This document shows, one piece after another, positions 1 through 6,642 of a stretch of DNA of 49,089 nucleotides. The notes under the pieces were generated by a model. That model saw only the letters and a list, made by a program, of their open reading frames with translations, was not told the DNA's origin and did no database searches. Made by a program: the position numbers and the translations under genes. The first letter of the stretch is position 1, and every line of letters begins with the position of its first letter. The stretch spans positions 1 through 49,089 of the forward strand of contig PNOQ01000057.1 in the NCBI GenBank assembly GCA_013824915.1. The letters run 5' to 3'. Source of the stretch: Nanoarchaeum sp. Its GTDB lineage: Archaea > Nanobdellota > Nanobdellia > SCGC-AAA011-G17 > PNOQ01.

Positions 1-1
1 A

Positions 2-382
2 AACTCACCGATATTAACAAATTCAACAGAAGTAACACAAGCACACAGAAAAGAAAGAGAATTTTACATAGACTCAATCTCTACAGAAGATTCAATACCG
101 GTGTCATATAATCAAAAAGCAATACCTACGGGCAAATTTGCTGATGAAGATATAACTGCTTTCTTATTTGGTTCACAAGCGCAAGCTTACGGCCAATTTT
201 TAAAAAAAGCAGGAATAAAACAAATGCCCATTTATTTAGTTGACAGAACTCATGTAAAAAATCAATCAACTCCATTCGCAAGACAATGCTGGTTTATCAG
301 TCTTGACTACGGTTCTGGACTTGATGGCTACTACAGGAGCCTTGCCTATGGCCATAGGCTTCGTGGGGTGCGTTGCGCCTAA
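2..382 (+). CDS. 3' part of a member of a 4-copy orphan paralog family (copy P0); its 5' end lies outside the window
   Basis: Frame 2 is open from nt 2 with no stop before the listed GTG at 101. The C-terminal pattern (..AFLFG..Q.....F......GSGLDG....R.RGV) parallels the C-termini of the 5312, 5951 and 16425 genes. It shares their GC-rich 3' end and 3' hairpin module. Confidence 0.6.
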   Translation, partial: NSPILTNSTEVTQAHRKEREFYIDSISTEDSIPVSYNQKAIPTGKFADEDITAFLFGSQAQAYGQFLKKAGIKQMPIYLVDRTHVKNQSTPFARQCWFISLDYGSGLDGYYRSLAYGHRLRGVRCA

Positions 383-420
383 GGCAATACACAGAAATTT
401 TAGGAAGTTTTTAATTCTTA
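378..420 (+). terminator. 3' module of paralog P0: a stem containing the stop codon, then a terminator-like hairpin
   Basis: CCTAA (378-382) pairs with TTAGG (400-404) and encloses the TAA stop. GGAAgT (404-408) pairs with AaTTC (413-417) with one mismatch. The layout matches 6595-6642 and 17078-17118. Confidence 0.4.
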
Positions 421-457
421 TTAGTGTAACTACTCTTAAGTTATTAAAATAGAAATG

Positions 458-465
458 TTTATAAA
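458..465 (+). promoter_or_regulatory. TATA box (TTTATAAA) preceded by a purine-rich BRE-like GAAATG
   Basis: It matches the recurrent window-wide promoter consensus. The ATG at 496 lies 38 nt downstream of the TATA start. Confidence 0.5.
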
Positions 466-495
466 CTATTATTAACCTTGAAAGCTGTGATAAAA

Positions 496-1212
496 ATGAC
501 ATTCAATGTTGATAATTATAAGGAATTAGTACAAAAGTATGCTGGCTATATGCAAAGCATTCAAGATTTTGATAAATTTAGATTTAGTGTAGAAGGTAGA
601 AAACAACTGGGTTTGGATTCAGCTTTAGCTAGTGAAATTGCTTTTGAGAAAGCTCCTGATGAATTAGTTTATCAAAATTTAGAACAAGTTATAAGTGATT
701 TTTCAAAAAGATTTGAAGCAGAAACAAGATCAAATTTAGATACAATAGTAAGTGATGCTCATGATGCTTTGACAGCCGATGGATTATTGGGTTATCTTAT
801 TGGTGCAAATATCAGTCCTGCTAAAGGTAAATATGACGATGTTGTCGCAAAACATCAAAAACTAACCAAATACAGACAAATGGTTGAAACTGCAAAAGAA
901 ACAAAAGATAACAAACAAGTAGCTGCATATTATATGGAAAAACATAAAGGTAATGAAGCTATATTAAACTTAATAGCTTATCATGCTAGACATAGTGGAA
1001 ATCTTTTAGTTGAAATATTTGAACAAAAAGTTTTAATTTCTGCAGGTCAAGAGTTTGTAAGTTATTTTGCAGATAAAGAAGGTACAACATTGGATAGCGA
1101 TAAATTAAAAGATTATTCAGCTTATGCTTTTGGTTCTGTTAAAGGCGGAAAATCATTTAGTGATGCAACTTTGAATTTAGCTATTCAAACTTATTTAACT
1201 AAAAAGAAATAA
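496..1212 (+). CDS. hypothetical protein, predicted mostly helical (238 aa from ATG 496)
   Basis: A long ORF in AT-rich DNA. The TTG at 478 in the ORF track lies too close to the TATA box (458-465) to be downstream of a transcription start, so ATG 496 (MTFNVDNY) is preferred. No recognisable motif. Confidence 0.6.
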   Translation: MTFNVDNYKELVQKYAGYMQSIQDFDKFRFSVEGRKQLGLDSALASEIAFEKAPDELVYQNLEQVISDFSKRFEAETRSNLDTIVSDAHDALTADGLLGYLIGANISPAKGKYDDVVAKHQKLTKYRQMVETAKETKDNKQVAAYYMEKHKGNEAILNLIAYHARHSGNLLVEIFEQKVLISAGQEFVSYFADKEGTTLDSDKLKDYSAYAFGSVKGGKSFSDATLNLAIQTYLTKKK

Positions 1213-1230
1213 ACTTAAAGGAAATTAAAA

Positions 1231-1563
1231 ATGACAAAAGAAAGATATATTGATTTGGAATCACATCCTAGATTCGTTGAATTAGATGAAAAACGAGCAC
1301 GACAAGAAGAAAGGTTTAGAGTTTATGATCAATTAATAGAAAGACGAGCAGAACAAGAAAGGTTTAGAAGAGAATATCAATTAGACTTAGCAAGAATAGC
1401 AGAACGAGAAGCAAGTTTTAGAAGAGAATATCAATTAGAAGAAGAAAGAAGAGCAGAACGAGAAGCAAGTTTTAGAAAACAGTATCAATTAGAAGCAGAA
1501 AGACGAGAAGAACAAAAAAGAAGTTTTAGAAGATATGATTCAATTGCTGATCGTTTTAAATAA
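1231..1563 (+). CDS. highly charged tandem-repeat protein (110 aa)
   Basis: Five 17-18 aa repeats of the type AE(R/Q)E.(R/S)FRREYQL...RR, also visible as 51/54-nt DNA repeats. Confidence 0.6.
   Translation: MTKERYIDLESHPRFVELDEKRARQEERFRVYDQLIERRAEQERFRREYQLDLARIAEREASFRREYQLEEERRAEREASFRKQYQLEAERREEQKRSFRRYDSIADRFK
1297..1560 (+). repeat. in-frame tandem repeat, 5 units of 51-54 nt
   Basis: Units start at 1297, 1348, 1399, 1453 and 1507. Units 3 and 4 (gcagaacgagaagcaagttttagaa...tatcaattagaag) are nearly identical. Confidence 0.8.
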
Positions 1564-1586
1564 ACTAGAAGAACTAATTAAAATTT

Positions 1587-2492
1587 TTATTTTGGTGGTT
1601 CTGGAATAAAATTATTTTTTATTTGAATTATTTTTTCGCTTGAAATTAATCTTGATGTTATATTACGCATAACTCTTTCAAATTCTATTGCTCTTGCAAG
1701 TACTATGTCTATATCTTTACCGGACATTGATTTTACTGTGCCATGAACTATATCATGAGCAAGTTCGTACATTTCTTTGTACCAAATAACATATTTTTTG
1801 TCTAGCATTCTTTTAGAAACAAAAACTTCGTTTAACATTTCTGTAACATGTTCTGGGCTTGGAGGAATTTGATTACTAGCCATTAATGCTGCATGAGATG
1901 CATCTACCATAGACCAATATAAATGTTCAATTGAATTAGTCATATCAAATTTAGATCTAGTAATATGCATTGGAGCTCTTCTTAATGTTAAGAAAATAGC
2001 TTCTGGACTTGGTCTTATTCTGCCTTTAGCTAATAATATTTTTATTGGATCAAAGAAACCGCCGAAATCTATTAATGGTTGACCATATCTAACAATGTTA
2101 ATAGCTGCTGGTTCACCTTCTCTAATATCTTCCCAGAAAGTACTTAATGTTACGGTGTTGATATGTATTCTTTCTGCGTATGTTTGTTTTTCTGTTAGTT
2201 TAGATAATTCTTCTCTGTACCAAGCAATTAATTCTTGATCCCATTGGATAGAACAATCATCAATTATTATAAGAATATCAATATCGGAACCATTTACTGC
2301 TTCACCTTTTACAACACTACCAAATAAAACTATAGATTTTATTGCTTCTTGAAATTGTTTGTAAGCTTTTGTTGCAAAATCGTAAGCAATTTCGTAATCA
2401 GTTTTAAGTTTAGAAGGCTTAAGAGTTACTGGTTCTAACTCTGGAAGTTTTTTAATAACTTTATGTTTCTTTTTTATAATCTTCTTTGGCAT
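1587..2492 (-). CDS. nucleotidyltransferase (Pol-beta/MNT-like) domain protein with a helical C-terminal HEPN-like region
   Basis: LFGSVVKGEAVNGSDIDILIII is the GS...D.D signature of minimal nucleotidyltransferases. The C-terminal half contains RRAPMH, which fits the HEPN R-x4-6-H pattern. Confidence 0.6.
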   Translation of the reverse strand: MPKKIIKKKHKVIKKLPELEPVTLKPSKLKTDYEIAYDFATKAYKQFQEAIKSIVLFGSVVKGEAVNGSDIDILIIIDDCSIQWDQELIAWYREELSKLTEKQTYAERIHINTVTLSTFWEDIREGEPAAINIVRYGQPLIDFGGFFDPIKILLAKGRIRPSPEAIFLTLRRAPMHITRSKFDMTNSIEHLYWSMVDASHAALMASNQIPPSPEHVTEMLNEVFVSKRMLDKKYVIWYKEMYELAHDIVHGTVKSMSGKDIDIVLARAIEFERVMRNITSRLISSEKIIQIKNNFIPEPPK

Positions 2493-2515
2493 AATAAGAT
2501 TTTGATTTTAGTTAT

Positions 2516-2839
2516 TTAAAAATGTTTTTGTTTTAAACTTGAATAAGTAGAATAAACTTGGCGGATTAATTCCGGGGATGTATTGCTTTCTGCTAGTTTT
2601 TTTAATACTACCCAGCATTCAATTCCTTTGTCTGTAAGATATGCACGTGCTAAACCATTACTTGAACTTTTGTATTCTTCATATAATGGGCTACGAGTGG
2701 GATAAATAAAAGGGGAAGGTACACTTCTACTAATCTGTTCATTATTGTCTACTATTGAAGCAAGTTGGATAAAATCTTGTACATTAAGATCTGTGTTTTT
2801 TAATGCATCTTCGATAGTTTTTATTATTGGATTAGTCAT
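2516..2839 (-). CDS. hypothetical protein (107 aa)
   Basis: An ORF 23 nt upstream of the NTase gene on the same strand, so probably co-transcribed. No motif recognised. Confidence 0.5.
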   Translation of the reverse strand: MTNPIIKTIEDALKNTDLNVQDFIQLASIVDNNEQISRSVPSPFIYPTRSPLYEEYKSSSNGLARAYLTDKGIECWVVLKKLAESNTSPELIRQVYSTYSSLKQKHF

Positions 2840-2884
2840 AAATAGTAAAACGTTAAAATTAATATAAAACTTATGATTTTAAAA

Positions 2885-3226
2885 TTAAACTAGAAGCATG
2901 TCGCTTCTTTTTACTTCCATCTCTATTGTTTTCTTAATTCTTTCTTTTTCCAAAGGAATCGTTCTTGTATTAACAACTATTTCGGATGCGTTTCCGTTTA
3001 ATTTTTCGAATAACCATTGAGATACTGCATCACTTGTGCTTTTTGGGCCGAATAGTAAATTAGCTGTTATTAAAGTTGGATTTCCATACATTTTAAGAAC
3101 TAATTCGCCTTTGAATACTAATCTAGAACCATCTGGTAATTCAAAATAATCATCAACATGTAAGTCCTCTTTTGGGAACATAGTGTTGGTTAATCCTCTA
3201 TTTTTTGTACTAATTTCTAATTTCAT
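2885..3226 (-). CDS. hypothetical protein (113 aa)
   Basis: ORF only. No motif recognised. Confidence 0.5.
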   Translation of the reverse strand: MKLEISTKNRGLTNTMFPKEDLHVDDYFELPDGSRLVFKGELVLKMYGNPTLITANLLFGPKSTSDAVSQWLFEKLNGNASEIVVNTRTIPLEKERIKKTIEMEVKRSDMLLV

Positions 3227-3356
3227 GTTATTTGGGAGTGTTTTCCAAGATAAAAAGCTTTTGTTTATTTTATTTTTTGGCTTAAAAGTGGCAAAAACTG
3301 AGGTTTTAGGCTTTTTGAATAGTAAATTTTATAAATAGGAAAAATTGTTTTTAGTT

Positions 3357-3893
3357 ATGGATTCAAAAAAAGTAGCTATGATTATTGGTATTTCTGTACT
3401 ATTACCTATGTTTATAGTATTATTTATGCAAGCAGTTTATTCTGAACCTCATTATGAAGATTATTGTACTTACAATTATTATGATGCACCTATAATTAAG
3501 CCGGCTGATAACTGTAGTTATAGTTATGGTCAAGAATATGCTGATTGTTTAAATGCAAAAGGTGAACCTAGATTTAAGTATGATAGTGAAGGTTGTCAAG
3601 TTTATGAAAATTGTAGTTTTTGTAATTTAGAATTTAATAATGATCAAGAAATTTATAACAGAAATATATTTTTTATGTTAATGCCTTTGGGTTTGTTAAT
3701 AGTTATACTAGGGATATATTTTAGTATTGATTATTTAGGTGCTGGATTTATGTTCAGTGGTTTAATTACTATGTTTTATTCTACAACTAGATATTTTTCA
3801 GATATGAGTGAATTATTGAGAGCTTTAGTTATATTGATAGAATTATTAGTTATTATTTGGATTGGTCATAAAAAGATTGGTAAGAAGAAATAA
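3357..3893 (+). CDS. membrane protein with an extracytoplasmic Cys-rich segment
   Basis: N-terminal hydrophobic segment (AMIIGISVLLPMFIVLF), 7 Cys within about 60 aa, and 2 C-terminal TM segments. A TATA box at 3327-3337 lies 30 nt before ATG 3357, so the TTG at 3345 is rejected. Confidence 0.6.
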   Translation: MDSKKVAMIIGISVLLPMFIVLFMQAVYSEPHYEDYCTYNYYDAPIIKPADNCSYSYGQEYADCLNAKGEPRFKYDSEGCQVYENCSFCNLEFNNDQEIYNRNIFFMLMPLGLLIVILGIYFSIDYLGAGFMFSGLITMFYSTTRYFSDMSELLRALVILIELLVIIWIGHKKIGKKK

Positions 3894-3943
3894 AAAAGTG
3901 TGCACCGACAAATTTAAATATAAACTAAAATAGATAGCTCGAT

Positions 3944-4423
3944 ATGGAACAAAAAGAGAAAGAATTAAAATCTAAGCTAAGGCTAGATATTAATCGTAGT
4001 TTATTGGCCGTATGTTTTACAGTTTTTGCTTTAATTATTTCTATAAACCCTTCATTGTTTAAACAATCTTTTTTAGTACCAATACAATTAACTTTAGCAA
4101 TTCCTTTATTGCTTAGTTCCATGTTCGCAAGATCAAAATTAGCATATACCACAAGACCAAAATTGTGGGACAAATATGGGTTTTTCACTTTTTTGGTAGG
4201 TTATTCTTTTTTAATAAATGTTTTAGGCATTCTTCTTTCAATATCTATAGGTTTAAAATTTGGTCTCACATTTTTAATTTTTAATATGACGATGTCATTG
4301 ATTTATTCTACATTTGAAATCATTGAGCATAAATCTAAATTGGTTTCAAGAATAAAAAAAGATTTATTGTTTATAATACTTTTATTGTTGGGTGGAATTC
4401 TTCCTTCTCTTGGATTTTATTAA
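3944..4423 (+). CDS. multi-pass membrane protein (159 aa)
   Basis: Four to five hydrophobic segments. The TATA box ATTTAAATATA at 3912-3922 lies 32 nt before the ATG. Confidence 0.6.
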   Translation: MEQKEKELKSKLRLDINRSLLAVCFTVFALIISINPSLFKQSFLVPIQLTLAIPLLLSSMFARSKLAYTTRPKLWDKYGFFTFLVGYSFLINVLGILLSISIGLKFGLTFLIFNMTMSLIYSTFEIIEHKSKLVSRIKKDLLFIILLLLGGILPSLGFY

Positions 4424-4426
4424 AAA

Positions 4427-5164
4427 TTAATTATTTGCAACTTTATCCCATAAAAACTTGTGATATTTTTTGTAGTTTTCAGCAAGTTCTTCGCTTTGGA
4501 TTACAAATACACTGATATTTTTTCCTAAAATCATTTGGGCAACTTTATCACCATAAATAACGGTGACTGTAGGATTACCTGAGAATTCTTCTGGTAGAAA
4601 TTTAGAATCAGGAACTAATTTTTTGTCTACTTCTTTTGTTTTTTCATATCTAAACAAATGATAGCTTCTAATCTTTTTTTTAATTCTTCTTTGATTCCAT
4701 TCTTTCCAATAGGCAGGAAATCTTTGTGGGACATAATTACCTGAACCAATCCAATATATTGAGCCATAATTTAACATGTCATCCCAGACAGCTTTCATAC
4801 CTTCTGCTCCTTTGAATATTTCTGCAAAGGTTTCCTGTTTTTTGGATTTGAATATGCTTTGTATTGAAGGAATCATTTTTTCAACTTCATCCTTTATTTC
4901 ATTTAAGTTTGATTTTTTTTCTTCAATGTAACTTAGTATTTTATCTGGATTTGATATTTTGAATATCCTTTTACCATTTTCTTCTGCATATGAAACTAGA
5001 CCTCTTTCAATTAATTTGTTTAAAATGTCGTATATATTCCTCCTGTCTATTCCTACTTTTTCGTGTATACTGTTTATAGATGTTACTCCTATTTCTAATA
5101 AAGCATCATATACTTTTACTTCTCCTTCTGATAGTCCTATTTTTTTTAGTACTTCTAAATCCAT
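4427..5164 (-). CDS. TrmB-family transcriptional regulator
   Basis: N-terminal block L..IGLSEGEVKVYDALLEIG..S...I.EK.GI.R.NIYDIL..L.ERGLV is the typical TrmB wHTH. It is 245 aa, a paralog of 12142-12882, and divergent from the P1/P2 gene pair. Confidence 0.8.
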   Translation of the reverse strand: MDLEVLKKIGLSEGEVKVYDALLEIGVTSINSIHEKVGIDRRNIYDILNKLIERGLVSYAEENGKRIFKISNPDKILSYIEEKKSNLNEIKDEVEKMIPSIQSIFKSKKQETFAEIFKGAEGMKAVWDDMLNYGSIYWIGSGNYVPQRFPAYWKEWNQRRIKKKIRSYHLFRYEKTKEVDKKLVPDSKFLPEEFSGNPTVTVIYGDKVAQMILGKNISVFVIQSEELAENYKKYHKFLWDKVANN

Positions 5165-5206
5165 ACTTTTACAGTTATTTCTAACTATTTAAACTTTACT
5201 AAATTA

Positions 5207-5254
5207 TGGTAGTGTTACATTACCACAAATATTTATATATGCTTAAGTTACCAC
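5207..5254. promoter_or_regulatory. putative TrmB operator region with TACCAC half-sites flanking a TATA-like box
   Basis: TGGTAGTGTTACATTACCA (5207-5225) is a TGGTA-N9-TACCA inverted repeat. TACCAC occurs at 5221-5226 and 5249-5254. TATA-like boxes lie at 5231-5240 and 5255-5264. Confidence 0.45.
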
Positions 5255-5278
5255 TATTATATAACAAAAGAGGTCATA

Positions 5279-5298
5279 GCTGCGGACCCTAAAGCAGC
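5279..5298 (+). other. GC-rich hairpin in the probable 5' leader of the P1 gene
   Basis: GCTGC (5279-5283) pairs with GCAGC (5294-5298) around a 10-nt loop, directly followed by AGGA and ATG 5312. Confidence 0.35.
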
Positions 5299-5311
5299 AG
5301 GATAATTAAAA

Positions 5312-5947
5312 ATGAAAGCAACAATAAAAATATATTCAGGTTTAGAATTCTCGCGTCCAGCATACAAAGGTAATTATGCTGAATGTCAAAGACAAATAGC
5401 ACAAGCTGGAGAACAAACTCCAACATATGCTCAAATAGCAGACCTAGCATATGAAACTATAGTTGAATATCCAAGTAATGAAATGAAGCAAATAATAAAA
5501 CAAAATGGGTTATTTGGATTTACAGGCAGTTTGTTTGTTCCAAAAGGTGTTTATGTTCAAGATAGACCAATATTGGGCTCAGATGGATTACCAATAATGA
5601 AAGAATCAGAACTAGAAGCTAAGTTACAAGCAGGAGATCCTTCAGTAAGATTTGTTGAATCAGGTTTTAAAATAGGGAACCATTCTATGAATGACCTGCG
5701 AGTGAATCCTTATGTTATCGCTTTAGCGGGTAGACATGGAGCAACACAATTAGCGTATATAGCTAGTAATTATAAAAATGACTCTTATGTTTTCGGCTTA
5801 GAAAACGTATGTAAACCAAAAACAATTGTTTCTGGTGGGCTTAGTGTCTACACCCAAGACTTTGATGACGGGCTTTTCGTAGGTGGCAACCGTGGGGAGG
5901 ATAGTCGTACTTTTGGTATGATACCTAAATCTGGGGAGGTGAAATAA
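5312..5947 (+). CDS. orphan paralog family member P1 (211 aa)
   Basis: It aligns along its length with the 5951 and 16425 proteins. Shared blocks are GNYAxCQ, AGEQTPTYAQ, VQDRPILGSDGLPIMKESELEAKLQAGDPSVRFVE and NPY(V/I)IALAG. Confidence 0.75.
   Translation: MKATIKIYSGLEFSRPAYKGNYAECQRQIAQAGEQTPTYAQIADLAYETIVEYPSNEMKQIIKQNGLFGFTGSLFVPKGVYVQDRPILGSDGLPIMKESELEAKLQAGDPSVRFVESGFKIGNHSMNDLRVNPYVIALAGRHGATQLAYIASNYKNDSYVFGLENVCKPKTIVSGGLSVYTQDFDDGLFVGGNRGEDSRTFGMIPKSGEVK
5552..5659 (+). repeat. 108-nt block identical to 6224-6331
   Basis: By direct comparison there is no mismatch over 108 nt, while the flanking coding sequence of the two paralogs is clearly diverged. Confidence 0.9.
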
Positions 5948-5950
5948 AAA

Positions 5951-6598
5951 ATGAAATCAACAATAAAAGACGGAAGAACAGAACTTACAACAAGTTCAGG
6001 TTTAACATTCGCATATCCAGGATATTATGGAAACTATGCCGGATGCCAAAGAAAAATAAGACAGGCAGGAGAACAAACTCCAACATATGCTCAATTAGTG
6101 GATATAGTATATGAAGCTGTAGTTAAAGACCCAACTAATCAATATTCGCAAGAAATAAAAAAAATTATGAAACAAGATTGGTTATGGGGGTCTACAAGTA
6201 GTTTATTTGTTCCAAGTGGTGTATATGTTCAAGATAGACCAATATTGGGCTCAGATGGATTACCAATAATGAAAGAATCAGAACTAGAAGCTAAGTTACA
6301 AGCAGGAGATCCTTCAGTAAGATTTGTTGAACTAAATTTTGAAAAGGTATTTGATTTAGTAAATAATCCATATATTATTGCTTTAGCTGGTGAACATGGA
6401 GTTGAACAATTAGCTGAGATAGCTAGTAGTTATAAATCTCCCACTTTTGTTTATAGCTTAGAAAATGTAATCAAGCCAATAGCAAGAGTTTCCGCGCTTA
6501 CAGTAGGTAACTGGGTCTTTGGCGATGGACTTGGTATCGTTGGTGACTTTCATGGATTCAACGGAGGGGGTCGTGCTTTTGGGGTACGTGAGAGCTAA
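5951..6598 (+). CDS. orphan paralog family member P2 (215 aa)
   Basis: It starts 3 nt after the P1 stop and is preceded by GGAGGTGA (5934-5941), so P1 and P2 form an operon. It shares the same conserved blocks as P1 and P3. Confidence 0.75.
   Translation: MKSTIKDGRTELTTSSGLTFAYPGYYGNYAGCQRKIRQAGEQTPTYAQLVDIVYEAVVKDPTNQYSQEIKKIMKQDWLWGSTSSLFVPSGVYVQDRPILGSDGLPIMKESELEAKLQAGDPSVRFVELNFEKVFDLVNNPYIIALAGEHGVEQLAEIASSYKSPTFVYSLENVIKPIARVSALTVGNWVFGDGLGIVGDFHGFNGGGRAFGVRES
6224..6331 (+). repeat. 108-nt block identical to 5552-5659
   Basis: See 5552-5659. Confidence 0.9.
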
Positions 6599-6642
6599 AC
6601 AAAAGTTTAGGAAGTTTTTTTAACTTCTAATTTTCTTTTTTT
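6595..6642 (+). terminator. 3' module of P2: stop-codon hairpin, a second hairpin, then a T-tract
   Basis: CTAAAC (6595-6600, contains the TAA stop) pairs with GTTTAG (6605-6610). GAAGTT (6611-6616) pairs with AACTTC (6622-6627). The T-rich run at 6631-6642 follows. Confidence 0.6.

Noticed and set aside
266-502. A 78-aa minus-strand ORF overlapping the P0 3' end and its terminator module.
   Set aside because: It is antisense to a gene with family support and runs through the TATA box and hairpins. The product is low-complexity and hydrophobic, as expected for the reverse strand of AT-rich coding DNA.
5552-6331. The idea that the 108-nt repeat pair is a diversity-generating retroelement template/variable repeat (TR/VR).
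   Set aside because: The two copies are identical, whereas a DGR pair should differ specifically at adenines. No reverse transcriptase or accessory gene is present in the window. Gene conversion is the simpler explanation.
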